Positions 15,001 through 27,209 are shown, counted from the stretch's first letter. The stretch: DNA of 64,000 nt from Phoronis australis (GCA_002633005.1 NMRA01000569.1:186001-250000), one strand, 5' to 3'. Numbers and translations: made by a program. The notes: generated by a model not told the origin, from the sequence alone.

Positions 15001-15567
15001 CCCGACTAGAAATTCCACGGGTGCTTCACTTCAGCCGTCCATAGCAAACATAAAACTCAATAAATTTACACAAAACAGGGGTTCAACAAACCATGAAGAA
15101 TTGTTCTTTCTCCCAATACAATTCTTCATGGTTTGTTGAACCCTTGTTTTGTGTAAATTTATTGAGTTTTATGTTTGCTATGGACGGCTGAAGTGAAGCA
15201 CCCGTGGAATTTCTAGTCAGGAGTGTCCAACCTTGTAGTATTATATGTAGTGTATTGGGGACGATCAGAAGCTGAGGACGCCTGTGATCTAAAACAAATC
15301 TGTGAAGCATAATTCGCCGAAAAGCTTCTAGCGTACAAGGGTCCTATGGGGCCATCACTGCCTCTACTGCTAAGTAGAGACAGTGACAGTGGAACTATCA
15401 AAAGTTACTAGTACTAGTTGGCTACTTAGCACTTTAAGTTTAAGTATCCCTGACCCTGCCCCTGGCCTGGGCCTGGGCCAGGCAGCCTACGCTACATCGT
15501 ACATGTGTATATCTTCGTGCTATGACACATTACACATAGCATGTACATACCTTCCTTCACGTGGCAT
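71..15567 (-). CDS. DDX46: DEAD-box RNA helicase DDX46/Prp5, 5' portion (gene continues beyond the left edge)
   Basis: Exons 15567-15551 (MPREGR), 11840-11628 (RS domain), 9664-9508, 1843-1616 (EEEMQKRRERIEKWR...WNLEDDDDDD...DPLDAFMQ), 262-71 (...KGELMESNADAME). GT-AG introns with consistent phases; motifs match the DDX46 N-terminus. Confidence 0.93.
3079..3760 (+). pseudogene. Decayed LINE ORF1-like sequence (coiled coil + RRM-type)
   Basis: Frameshifted pieces: coiled coil (IDSLNRKVSELQESLDNSEQYSR), then ELDRTHRLG..KPRPIIAKF, IFINENLT, RDGKIFIK, typical of L1-type ORF1p in invertebrate LINEs. Confidence 0.7.
4540..5326 (+). mobile_element. Helentron-associated (HINE/DINE-like) non-autonomous element
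   Basis: Diverged internal repeats (aaaattgccactaggnggcgc), (GACG)n microsatellite, terminal stem-loop ccacatat-aa-atatgtgg then ATAAAAA. Inverted copies of the end at ~22441-22477 and ~23087. Confidence 0.65.
5830..8940 (+). mobile_element. Degenerate Tx1/L1-clade non-LTR retrotransposon ORF2 in a DDX46 intron
   Basis: Endonuclease motifs (GDFNLVLD ~6100, RLDFFL ~6285, YRSDHS ~6355); RT C-terminus (GLKINNSKT, WCRRKLTIFGKVTVLKTLVLPK); zinc knuckle CTFC..TLEHLFFEC ~8570. Many stops and a deletion of the RT core. Confidence 0.85.
7227..7735. mobile_element. Solo LTR inserted into the LINE
   Basis: Starts TGTAAAG, ends GTGACA, flanked by 5-bp TSD ATATT (7222-7226 and 7736-7740); LINE homology resumes after it. 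Confidence 0.8.
9905..10132. repeat. 39-bp minisatellite, ~6 copies
   Basis: Unit taataaagggttgtcagttaatattggcttggtgcaagg. Confidence 0.95.
14936..15286. mobile_element. Fold-back MITE, 351 bp, near-perfect palindrome with 8-bp TSD
   Basis: Arms of ~167 bp (cacaggcgtcctcagcttctgatcgtcccc...); TSD ATCTAAAA at 14928-14935 and 15287-15294; orphan copy of the terminus at 16119-16153. Confidence 0.88.
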
Positions 15568-15942
15568 GATGTTCGTTAACGCTCGATTCTTGTTATTATC
15601 TTTCCACTGTGATGGTCCAAAATATTATTTTACCTCCCCGGCCTTGCACAAAATACGAAATACCTACGACTTTTGAAAAATGGCCCCCTTTGTCTGCTGT
15701 CAGAAAGAGGTCAAGAAGTCGTGCAAAGCAAATAAGAATATCCTAAAATCCAACCCATTTTTGTTATATTACGTGAAGAGTACTGTTTCTATGTTTTTTG
15801 TTTCACAAAAAATTCAATATAAGCACAAATTATAGAATTTAATACAAACGCAAAAACTACACTGTCGCAAATAACTGACACTTCTCGGCAAAACTTCTGC
15901 GGCGTGGTGTTCGAGTTGTGCACGATTTTCTGTTTTTTTTAA
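15568..15942. promoter_or_regulatory. Putative bidirectional promoter for DDX46 and GAR1, including GAR1 exon 1
   Basis: DDX46 ATG at 15567 (-) and strong donor aa|gtaagt at 15942/15943 (+) are ~375 bp apart; CpG-richer than flanks. Confidence 0.65.
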
Positions 15943-18900
15943 GTAAGTAAACATTGACTAAAGTGATAGACAACTCTTGAATATTAATATATTGTCAACA
16001 GCGAAGTTTCTTGGGACTGGATGGATGTAGCGGTTCCTAATGTAGAGAATCGGTTTCATCCACTGAAATTGGCTGAAGTAACGACCTGTCCTGTGCCTGT
16101 GGTTCTTGCACTTCTACACACAGGCGTCCTCAGCTTCTGATCGTCCCCAATACAACACTATATAAGAGGGGAAGTTCGGGTAAATTCGGACAAAACCTCC
16201 TAGTTCGACTTTCTTACCCTACTGAAGGTTTATGTGTCAGCTAATAACATTTAGACAGTAATGGGATCTTTGCAAATCATTTGAGAAACCAACCAATGAG
16301 ATTCTTCGTTACTAGTTCACTTCCAATGCCTTCGAATTTCAAGAGTAATAACAATGGTCAAAATCGAGGAAATTCGGACACAGGTTTGGAAAATCGGACA
16401 GTGTGTCGGGGAAATTCGGGCCAGCAAATTCTGAATAGGTAAAACTCGGACAAAATATATAAAAGCTCGATTTTCATGTGTGTTGCTAATTATTGTCATT
16501 ACTAATTATGGGATTCACTATGCTATCAAATTTGTGCAATCACATGAACCCCAAACTTTATAAAAAATAACATTTCAACTTTGGCACATCACTGACCTCT
16601 CGGGGTCAAAGGTCAACTCCTGGATATCATGGTGCCGTACGTCCGTCACAAAAAAGTGTTGAAAAGTTTAGTCATGTTAAAAGTTTTTAATCAAAATTAA
16701 AATAATTTCAGATTCTCTTATAACTTGTTTCTCAATACTATTGACCAAAATTTTGGATCCCAGGGATTATTCGTTTAGTCAGAAATTGCGGGACAGATAT
16801 GCAGCAAAGTTGTCCGTCCGTCAAGTACGTCCGTCACACCCATGAAATTGCAATTTTTCAGCCAATAAAAATAACCTTAGGTCATATTTTTACTTTCTAA
16901 ACTTGCATAAGATAAAATGTATGTCACACCTAAAAACCTTAAAACAATAAAATATTACAAAGGCAGCTTTAAAATTAAGTGAAGTTGTTACAGATTTTAA
17001 GTAAATGCATTGAATTTTTTCAATTTCAAAAGCATTTGCAGAAAAGTTATAGTTTACAATGTCATCTAGTTATTCTTAGTAGAATTCAACTTATTAAAAT
17101 CAAACAGTTGGACCACATTATAAAATGTAAATAAAACAAAATGTTAATTTAGTGAACTTATTGTTTTTTCTGTTGGTACCCCGTGTTAGTAAGAAGTGCT
17201 TAGCTTTTGGGAAATTCAAGATGCAAAAATATTCATACAAAAGAAATCCTAAGGTGCTCTAGAGTATATGCAAAGAACAAGAGACCTAAAGAAATACATG
17301 TCAAGTTCCTATAGCACTGGAATCAACATGTTATTTCTGCTCCGACCTGCTATGCTTTGTTTTGTGTTGAAAAAGCCGATACTGGGAATTTTCTAGCAGT
17401 AGGAATCTGTCACCTACTTTATTGAGCATTTTTGTCACACCCTCACTGGCCGTAGGCACTCTTTTTGTGTTTTTCAGTGTAGTGGGTCATTGAGTGGCTT
17501 GTATGAAATTATTTCATAGCAAATGATTACATTGTCTCATCTAACATATTTTTGATCCTTCAATATTTTTAAGAAGTAGACTAATTTTTTTCTGCTAAGC
17601 TTCGAGGAGATTAAACCGGCATTTAGAAAGGATAGAGGAAATTGTTGGGAGACCACGGGAAGAACAGACGCACCTGGGAGAAGAATAAACATCTGTTGGA
17701 ATATTCTCTGAAACTGAAAAAATGCCACCGTGGATCAAGAAATTCATAATTGTACTTGGGCGAGTTGTAATTAAAAAAAAAATTAATTAAAATGTATTTT
17801 TATGACAGTGATTAATAATGGTTTAAACTTTATTTCACATTTTATATTTTTACTCTCATGTTAACTTATTAGTTTTTAATTAGTGTTCTATTTAACGCTT
17901 AAAAACAGATTTTCCTGATAACTAACAGCTGTCAAATACAAAATGATTATCATCACTCTCAATCCAACCGATAATGCTTACCCTCTTCAAAAGAATGTGA
18001 AGATTTTAGGTAATTGTTTTATATCTTTATTCAAATGTATTGAAAAGTTAAAATCCTAAAGTATTTTCCTAGTATAGCCCTACCTGTGATGATTTCGTGC
18101 AAAAGGTCAATCGGTTCATTTTAATAAAAAACATTGAATTTGTAGCAAAAGACCAATATAGCTTAAATACTGCAAAAGTTTAAATCATTCTGAATTGATA
18201 TCTTAGTCACAACAAACAATTTAATTCTAGAAATTCAGAGCGTACGTCCGTCAGGTATGTCCGTCACACTAACTAAACTTATATCGAGCTGTCTGACAAA
18301 AATTTCATAGAAGATATCAATCAAAAAATTAGCGTGTTTTACTTTGCAAACATTCCATTAAATCATCATTTAAAACATAAAATTTAACTTAATGCAACTC
18401 GCAGAAAATTCCGTTAAAAAGGTTTTTAAAAATAAAATTCAAATTCTCTGCATACGACCGTCACACCCCTTTAAAGGCAATTTTCTCAGTCAGATTAAAA
18501 GATAGGGGAAATGTTGATACATGCTTTAAAAGCTATCAATGAGACCTATCAATTGATGTATTAATTATTTCCCTAGGATGAATATTTTTTTCCCAGTTGA
18601 TCAAAGTGTTCTCTGATTGTATGTCCTTCTCTAATGGAATTGTCCTCTAGTCTTATTCATAGTAGGCATGTAACCCATCGTCTGACTATTACAAGGGCTA
18701 CAATAGTCCCCATTACTTTCTGTACTCATCCTGGTATTTTAAACAGGCGGTAGCCGAAATACGGTCACCAAGTTTAGTAGGTTTCGGCACTGGTTGGATA
18801 AATCAGTTCCCGATTTTGAGACCAGACAATCACTGAATAACAACCTTGGCGTTGTTATTCACTCAGTGACAGTGAATGAAACTAGTTCTCAAAATCAGGG

Positions 18901-21900
18901 ACTGCTATATCTGACCAGTGTCGGGGTTTACACCTCGTCAAAAATAAGTTCATTTAAAATTATTTATCAAGTTCTTCAATGGTTTTTTCTGTCATTGCGC
19001 ATATCTCTGATCACAGGTTTCACGTTTAATCAACTTGTGACAAGTCTCGTCACTATATGTTGCGGTTCTCAAGATTTAGCGCCTGTCTTACGACAGTGGA
19101 TTGGTTTGATTGGCTACTTTAAGTTTCTGGCCTTCTGTTAGTAGCTAATCAAAGCAATCCACAGTCGTAAGAATGGTGCTATGATCTCGAGAACCACGAC
19201 ACGTGACAAGATTGAACTTGTCGGAAGGTGATTCAACATGGAGTGAATGAGGGTTACGGACCTTTTTGTCTCTCATGAAGAGTAAATGAAAAGGTGGGTG
19301 GAAGTAAGCGTCTGTGTCTTCAATGAAGCATATGTATGGGTATAAGATGATAATCACAAAGTATTTCAAATGACGTCACTTAAGTTAGGCAAGGACAAAC
19401 ACAAGACTGAGCGAAGTGCATGACACTTGAAAAAAAATAGTATGGAATTGTAAGATTTGTGTCCTTTGGAGTTTTTATTCATCAGCAGGCATGATTTCAC
19501 ATAACTTCCTCAAAATGGTATCCAGGGAGAGAAACTCGTTCGAACCATGACAGATTTTCATGGATATGTTTAAATTATGTTGACTAAATTGTCTCCAGAG
19601 TCATGTTATATGTTTAAAACTCCATGTGTATATATGCATGTTTCATACGATTTTATTTGCTGTATTTTGAGATTAGTAACTTAATGGGGGTGTACCTTTG
19701 CCCTTGTATGCCTGTGGCAGTACCAAGCAATGTAATTGCCTAGTTCTTACTAGTTACATAGAATCACATCTGTTGACGAATAAAAGGTCTAAGGGACACA
19801 AATTCCACCTGATATCTTTCTGGTTAAAAATGTTGAATTGAACAGAATAGCGGGTTAAGATATGTTTGCGTGAACCTCGACTGTTTTTCATGGATATGTA
19901 CAATCGTGTTGACTACCATAAATTGTGTCCAGATTCATGGTATGTGTTAATTGTAACTTGATCAATGTGTATATAGGCGTGCTTCATTGGATGTTAATGG
20001 CTGTATGTTGAAAGGAGTAACCTCAGTGGTTGACGTTAACACTAACTCGCCAAATGTGACCAAACAAAATGTGAGGTCGCCTAAACTGACGTCTGAAATT
20101 GTTCCATTCTCCGTATTAACTACACATGCCTTCCACTTCTCCTCATAAATGTAGGATATTTAACTCGATTCATCCTGCCAACGGAGAACGCAGATGATCG
20201 GATACACTGGAGGGTGGCATGTGTTTCATGGTCTGACCGTGCTCGATTTGTGCTGAACAGTACTGACTTCCGTCTGCTTACTTGTAATTTAAGCATGCGT
20301 TTGATGTGTCCTGACTGCTGAGGATAGCAAATGCGCTGATTTCACAAAATAAATATAAAAATTGTGAACCATAGGTATCAAATCTAGGAAATATGTTATT
20401 AATTTAAGTTAGGAAGTTACAATGAATTGTAACAAATTTCAGGGGAATCTCTGTAGCTACTTATAATTTTTTCCAGGTCGCCAAACACAATCTGAGGTCC
20501 GCAGGTTGCCAAATCGAGCACTGAAGTTTTGATGGCAGTATATTATCACCTGTGAACACCGCATACATATACTTGTTGATTTATATATCATGGAGAATAG
20601 TATTCATTTGAAATCTGTCTCTCAAATGTAAAATTTTGTTGTAACTCTGGTGTTTCTACCTTTCAGTGGGTGGTCGAGGTCGGGGCTTCAGCCCCAGGGG
20701 AGGTGGTCGAGGAGGATTTGGTCGAGGAGGTAAGGGACTTTGAGGTTATGACGTGGAGTAGTAAGGACCCTGCAAAACTGTTCAAATTTGGCTTACTTAG
20801 GAACATCGTGTCTCAGATTGTTATGAAACTTAGATACTATATTTTCTGCACTGTTCTCCATAATATCTGTTGGGTCCATATTGGCTTGAGGGCTATCAAA
20901 AATAGGACTTGTGTGTTTTTTATGAAAAATTCCTGAAGTTGTTCTATAAAATGAAATGGAGTGATAATTAAGAAATTAACAACGTTTTTGCGATTTCACC
21001 TTGAACATTTAATATATTGAATGAAATTAGGTTGTGTTGTTGATACCATTATTTTGTTCTGAATGTACCTTTCACTTTATGGTAAATTTTACTAAAAAAA
21101 CATGGTCACGTGATCCACCTAATGGCAGTTTGGTACAGAGTCATAACTCAAATTTTATAGGTTTTCTATTTTCTAACAGTTTGTTGTTACATAAGAACAG
21201 GCCCTACAAATTGACATGTCATGGTATATCCATTGTATTCACTGATTTTGGTCATAAACCGTAATCGGACCTCATCTGAAAATGGAACAACTTGAAACCA
21301 ACTTTATTGCAACATGTATTTTGAAAGTGTTTCTTCTTGAAATTATCTTTTCTGTTGAGGTGAAGAGAGTCTATGTCAATTTATAGACAAATGCTCTTGT
21401 GGCAATTTCAAAATATTAGGTTGTCCATGCTATGTTTGTCAGCTTAGGATCTACATAAAGTTTAGTATTATGTTTTTGCCATGAATAGAAAGGCTCTAAG
21501 TAATACTGCTCCCCCTCGTGTTTCTTGAGGCTTCAAGAATCTTGATGAAGTTAGGTGGCTATGTTTCTATTTTCTTCATCTAGTTCTCTACCCTTCCCAA
21601 ACTTTAGAAATTTCTTCATGAAACATGTAGTTATGTATGTAATTTGGGGGGGAGGAGCACACACCATTTGTAGGTGAAATGTGATGCTTTTCACCATTGA
21701 CTTTATATGGTATTTACAGGAGGTTTCAGAGGTGGCAGAGGTGGTGGAGGCCGGTTTGACAAATATGCAGATCAGGGACCACCAGAGGAAGTGATGGGTA
21801 AGCACTGTAGCTCACTCTTGTTTCACACCTGTCCATATACCTGGTTTACAATAATATCAGATTCACTGTATTCTGTTGTCCTTGACACGGGGCTTGGAAT

Positions 21901-24900
21901 TTTCCGCGGAAACGCGGATTTCCGCTTTTTTCAAATGTGCTGTCCGCTTTTTTTATAATATTTCCGCGTAAAAAAAAATTGGATTTGATATAAAATTTCC
22001 GCGGCAAATTCCTTTCTTACCGCGGCGTCGCAGACGACATTCACCTCGAAAAGCGGAAGTTGCTCTTTATGTTTCTGAGGAACGTAAATTGTCAACATTG
22101 CACCTGGGGCACCTGGGACAGCGTGGTGGGATTTTCAATGGCGTCTAGTGTTATCGTTAAGCGCGGCGACAAATACTACTGCTCTGCAGCCAAAAATGTG
22201 TGGGGTTGGGAGTGGACGGGCGAGCTAAGAGCTAAAAGGACGCAGACGCAAGGTACTGATGGTGGTAACGTTTTTTTTTTTTTTAGTCTTCCCGATTTTT
22301 TTTGTCGAGGAAAGGTTCACATCCACCATTTCCAAGGCATGATTTGGGCCGTAAAAGTTTTCGCGTTTTTTGTCATTGGTCATTCCAAGCCCTGTTGACA
22401 ACTTGTTGTGTTTGAAGAAAGCTTTGTCTCAAAGAGTATTTTTTATGCGCCCACATATTTATATGTGGACGCATTATTTGTAGTGTTAGTAGTTGAAAAA
22501 TAGTTTGATAATGACTTTGTTCGTTAATAGTGAAAGACGGGGAAATTCAAGTAATGTCCTGAAAACAAGTCGTGTGAAGTTAAGTACCAGGCTAAAAATT
22601 TATGTTTTTTTCAGAGGTTGGCTCTTATGTTCACCCATCGGAGGATGATTTGGTTTGCAAGTGCACTCTAGAAAAAGTTCCACATTTCAATGCACCGATA
22701 TACCTGGAAAATAAACAACAGATAGGAAAAATAGACGAGATCTTCGGACCCATCAGAGACTTTGTATCCTTTCATTATTAATTTTGTGTTATACAAAAGC
22801 TTGATAGTTACTTTGTAACATTCACGTTGAATAAGAATATTTCATTTTCTGCATAATTGTGATACCCTTGTGGTCTAAATCAGATTTTATGACCATCATA
22901 ATGGTCAGTGGTCTTATTTTTATAATTTTGTTTTCTTAACACAGATCAGTATTTTTCAGTAAAGTTGTCAGATAATGTGAAAGCATCATCATTTTCCAAA
23001 AGTCAGAAAGTAAGTTTATTATGAAGGCCAACAAGTTTGAATGTCGACACTCACTGTGCGTATTCACAGGCTTGTGTGTAGTTCAGTTTTTATGCGCCCA
23101 CATATTTATATCTGTCCGTCATCTCTGTCTTTGCGTCCGCAGCTGTATCTCCTAAGCCTCTTACAGGATCTTGATAAGATTTGGCAGACTTGTTTCTATG
23201 AAGCTGACGACAGATGACAACGAATTTCAGACGGATACGACTACCAGTGTTTCCCCTATTGGCAATTGTAGTTTTTTACGTTTACCTCTGTATCTTCAAA
23301 GGTCCTCAGCGGATTTTCATGAAGTTTGGCACTTAGGTATCAGAATTGGTTAAATGCACGACACTTTTCATTGTTCACAGTCTTTATTCCATTACGCTCG
23401 TACTTTCGGAACAAAACTCTACTCTCAACTGAACATAGATAAAGTAACTGACCTAGCGACATAATTAAAAGACACACGATATTTCAAAACATACTTGTTT
23501 CATTCTCAAATGAAGATAAAATGACGCAGTAATGCCACCACAGAGCATAAGCTGATGACACACACAGTGGGACACGGCGAGTTTGAAATACTGCAAAGAA
23601 GGACTAATGAAGGGGAGGTAACAGGAAAGTCGCGCAAACAAGTGTAACGTGCAGCGCGACCCTGTTTGCTACATGTGCCTCAGTTACCTAGGTCCTAGAT
23701 GGATCTTCATGGAATTTAGTATACATGTATTGCAGTTAAGGAAAGTACACCTTACATTGCAATTTAGGTATTCTTTGTGTGTGGCTCTATATCTACCAGC
23801 TTCCTTCATAGATTTTCATGAAATTGGACAAACACATGTATCAAGGAGACCAGAGTACTTTCTTTGTTTCAGACAAGTTTGACGTATACTGCACTGCCTA
23901 GGATTCTTTTTCATTATTTGTTATGTGATGCTATTCAACAGAAACATACTGTTTGCACTTAAGTCGTGGGGACATTTCAATGCTTTGTGTTTGTCTTGTT
24001 CACATTGTGTGAATATTGCCATTTTTGAAAAAATCCATGAAAAGTGGACAATTACCTTAAGATGGACATTTATTTGCAATTAAAAAGAAATAAAATTGGT
24101 GTCATTGTATACTATGTTTCATAATTTTGGCTTCCCATGTCAGTTTTGCATCATGCATAAAATCTTTTAGTTCTTTTATTTTGTTCGTTGTTCTACTCTT
24201 AATAAGTTGGTCTTTATAAAACATACACAACACATGCAAGGTTTTCATTGGCATTCTTCATTCTAATGTTGCTCAACTTTCCATTCTCGTGTTTTCAGTT
24301 TTTCATTGACCCTATGAAGTTATTACCACTACAGAGGTTTTTGCCAGGTGGCCAGACTCGAGGTGGTAGAGGTCGAGGTATGGTGGTTCACCTATACTTT
24401 ATTGTGTCGCATATTATTCAGTGACACGAAAAGGTGACACAAATATGCATTTCTGTTCAAGCAGTATTACATTGACTAATATTCTTTGGGACCTTGGCCT
24501 GCGACCACGAAACTTGACTCGTGATTTGAGTGCAAAACTGACCGATCGCATCTCGTGATGTTGAAAAAATTATTTGAAGCGTGGCACACGGTTCATGAAA
24601 TTTCGAGTAAAATTTAGTGGTCCTGCCCCTTTGCGTTCCTCTCTGGATTTAAGAGTTCAACTGCCATTTCCTTCTCAGTGTGAGCGGAACCTCAAAATAA
24701 GGATACTTAAAATGTTCAACTCCTGTGGAAAAAGTTTTTGAGTACAAGCAGTTGCATGTCAGAGTTAAACACAAGTGTGAACATTACATACAATTTACTA
24801 TTTAGAAGTAATTAAGGCTGTATTGAAACTGCTGCCTTTCTAGTTTGGCACACAACTTTTTTGATGACAACATTAATTCAGACCAGTCCTGTGTACAATC

Positions 24901-25428
24901 AAGACTGCAGTGGAGTATTCTGCCTGCTAGATTTGCATATTTTTTTAGAAAATTGCAGATTTTAGCCGAGAGGTGTGATGCGTAAAAGCAGGCATATGAC
25001 ACTGTCCATATGATTTCATTTTATTGAAGATCTGGAGTGATTCTTAAGATAATACTCTCGGGCCAGCAATTGATGGTAGAACTTTACCACCATTAGCAAG
25101 TTCAAAGCAGATTTTCACACTAGCCTTGAGTACGGTGTACTGATTTTAATCTTATGTTTCCCCAGCGGAACATATTCTCTCAGATGTGCTGCTACTAACG
25201 TTTGATGTTCTAGGTCGTGGTGGTGATAGAGGTCGTGGGGGTCGTGGCGGAGGAAGAGGCGGTGGGAGAGGAGGCTTCAGAGGTGGAAGTCGTGGTGGAT
25301 CCAGGGGTGGACGAGGTGGCTTTGGCGGACGAGGGGGTTTCGGTGGTAGAGGAGGATTCAGGGGCAGCCCAAGAGGTGGCGGAGGGTTCAACAGAGGTGG
25401 TGGAAACACAAGGAAAACATTTGATTAG
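15942..25428 (+). CDS. GAR1: H/ACA ribonucleoprotein complex subunit 1 (GAR1)
   Basis: Exons 20667-20729, 21720-21797, 22615-22763 ([38 protein letters not shown]), 22950-23009 (YFSVKLS), 24299-24377 ([15 protein letters not shown]), 25214-25428 (RGG tail, TAG). Gar1 core flanked by GAR/RGG repeats. The A of the ATG is inferred to come from an upstream exon ending at 15942. Confidence 0.95.
16620..18650. mobile_element. Probable non-autonomous DNA transposon remnant in GAR1 intron 1
   Basis: Subterminal-type motif (tac)gtccgtcacac recurs at ~16638, 16826, 18242 and 18455 around an AT-rich interior; boundaries uncertain. Confidence 0.35.
21888..22394 (+). mobile_element. MITE with C(A/G)GGGCTTGGAAT TIRs and 6-bp TSD, copy 1
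   Basis: TIRs cggggcttggaat / attccaagccctg; TSD TTGACA; homologous to 38534-39029. Confidence 0.85.
22764..22949 (+). other. U12-type (minor spliceosome) GT-AG intron of GAR1
   Basis: 5' site GTATCCTTT; branch site TTTCTTAAC at 22932-22940 about 10 nt before the AG; no polypyrimidine tract; boundaries fixed by the protein (IRDF|YFSV). Confidence 0.92.
23087..23360 (-). mobile_element. Truncated inverted copy of the HINE-like family in a GAR1 intron
   Basis: tttatgcgcccacatatttata and tccgtcatctc match the reverse complement of 5275-5326. Confidence 0.6.
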
Positions 25429-27209
25429 AAAACTTATCAACTTTCTGTTTACATACATTATTCAAAAGGTTGTACAAGATGTGGAGTTCAGTCTACTCAG
25501 TTTTGTGCCACGGACTTAGCAATACAGATACAAGGATGGAACAATAACTTGTGAAGTGTACTTTTATTTCGGTAGTGTAAAATGTACATATATGTAAGTG
25601 GTGTGTATATTAAAATTAAACACATTTTAAAGTACATTACATCATTGTCTCCACTTGCATTTACTCACTTATTTTCATAAAATTTTAACAACAAAAAATA
25701 TATCGTGAAATTGGATGAGAGCCTCAGGTTTAACTGAATTTGAACAATTGTCATACAATTGTAAGATTGCCAAAATGGCATGATAGACTGCAACAGGTCT
25801 ATTCTAGTTAATGACTAATATTCTTACATTAGTTTTTACAGAGATAGGGTGTGAATCATTAAAACTGCAACACGTTTCAAAAACCCACACTATCAGAACA
25901 ATTTTAAGACAGATGCACTGTGGGAAATGGGAATCCTGTGCACTCTGGCCTTGCGGGAAGTGTGGCCATGGAATGATGAGGGTATATGCAATCAACTTGT
26001 TCATTAAAACATACTGGGAGAAAAAGCACCTGAACACTTACAGGGATGCTGGTAATAGTGAAGAATGAATGCGCCGTTTTGAAAGTGGCTGTAAGCAGAC
26101 CAATCAACCTCACATTTCAACTGCCATTGAAACTGCATTAATTAAACAGTAGACATGATTTGTGAGTCTTGTTACTGTTCTGCACTTTTTGATGGAAGCT
26201 TGGTGGTTGGTTTTACAACTTGAGTTAAAGCTCTAGATATGACTTGAGTTGTTTGGAATGGCTTGTAGGTTGAGTTAGAACACTAAAAGGCATTCTGATC
26301 AACAGGAAGACATCTTGCTATCGTACAGTTAACTAAAACAGTGTTCCCCTTTATCTGGAAGAATATGTCCGATAACAACTCCAATCTTCCCCAGTTCTTC
26401 ACTAATAACAAAACGTGGAGAAGTATTGTTGGTGGTAGACATTTTCACATTATACTTGGGTCGATATCAAAATTGGTTTTTGAAGATGCATTAACAGCTA
26501 TAATTCAAGAGAAGTCCCCATATGATGAGCAAGAACAGTTAGGACATATCAATTCCTCCTAATCTCAAAGGTGAATGCTGTCAAAATGGAACCCCAAATT
26601 TCTGCATTTCAAAACAACACAGTTATTGAGTTAAAACACAATTAAATCTGCATGTACTAAGGAATAAGCCCATTCTAATTGAAAGCTACATCACCAGTTT
26701 CTGTACATGCTGTTCTGCTACACAGTGAGCAGATGAGCAGACTCGACTAAACACACAAGTACAAAAGTGTAAGAAAATCTGACTAATATTTTTCATTGTG
26801 ACTATATCTAAAGCTGCACAACATCACAACCATATCGTTCAAGGCCTACCTGATGCTAAATAACAGTGTTTTCATAACTTAAATCATAAGCACCAGATGT
26901 CCTAGAATGTTACGACATACATTGCTCTGTATGTCTCCAAGTCATACCCTCTTTCCCGTCTAAAAATACACCCACATGTTCATGTAATGCTAAAAAATCT
27001 CTTCAAAGCTACATGTAAAAGGTAGTTATCAGAACACTTGCTAGTAACTTTCCCAAAACTCTTCAACCAAAGGCATAGAGTAATTATGAATGGAATGTTA
27101 GGCAAGGAGGCAGTTCCTAAATATGCACGTCACCTGCACAGGTTTCGTCACTTTCCAATTGCAGTGTGCTGTGCACATTTGTTGAAAATTAAACTGGCAT
27201 TTACTCCGT

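Noticed and set aside
25152-25519. Pro-rich, Thr/Ser-rich and Val/Glu-rich ORFs
   Set aside because: Alternative frames and strand of the GAR1 RGG exon.
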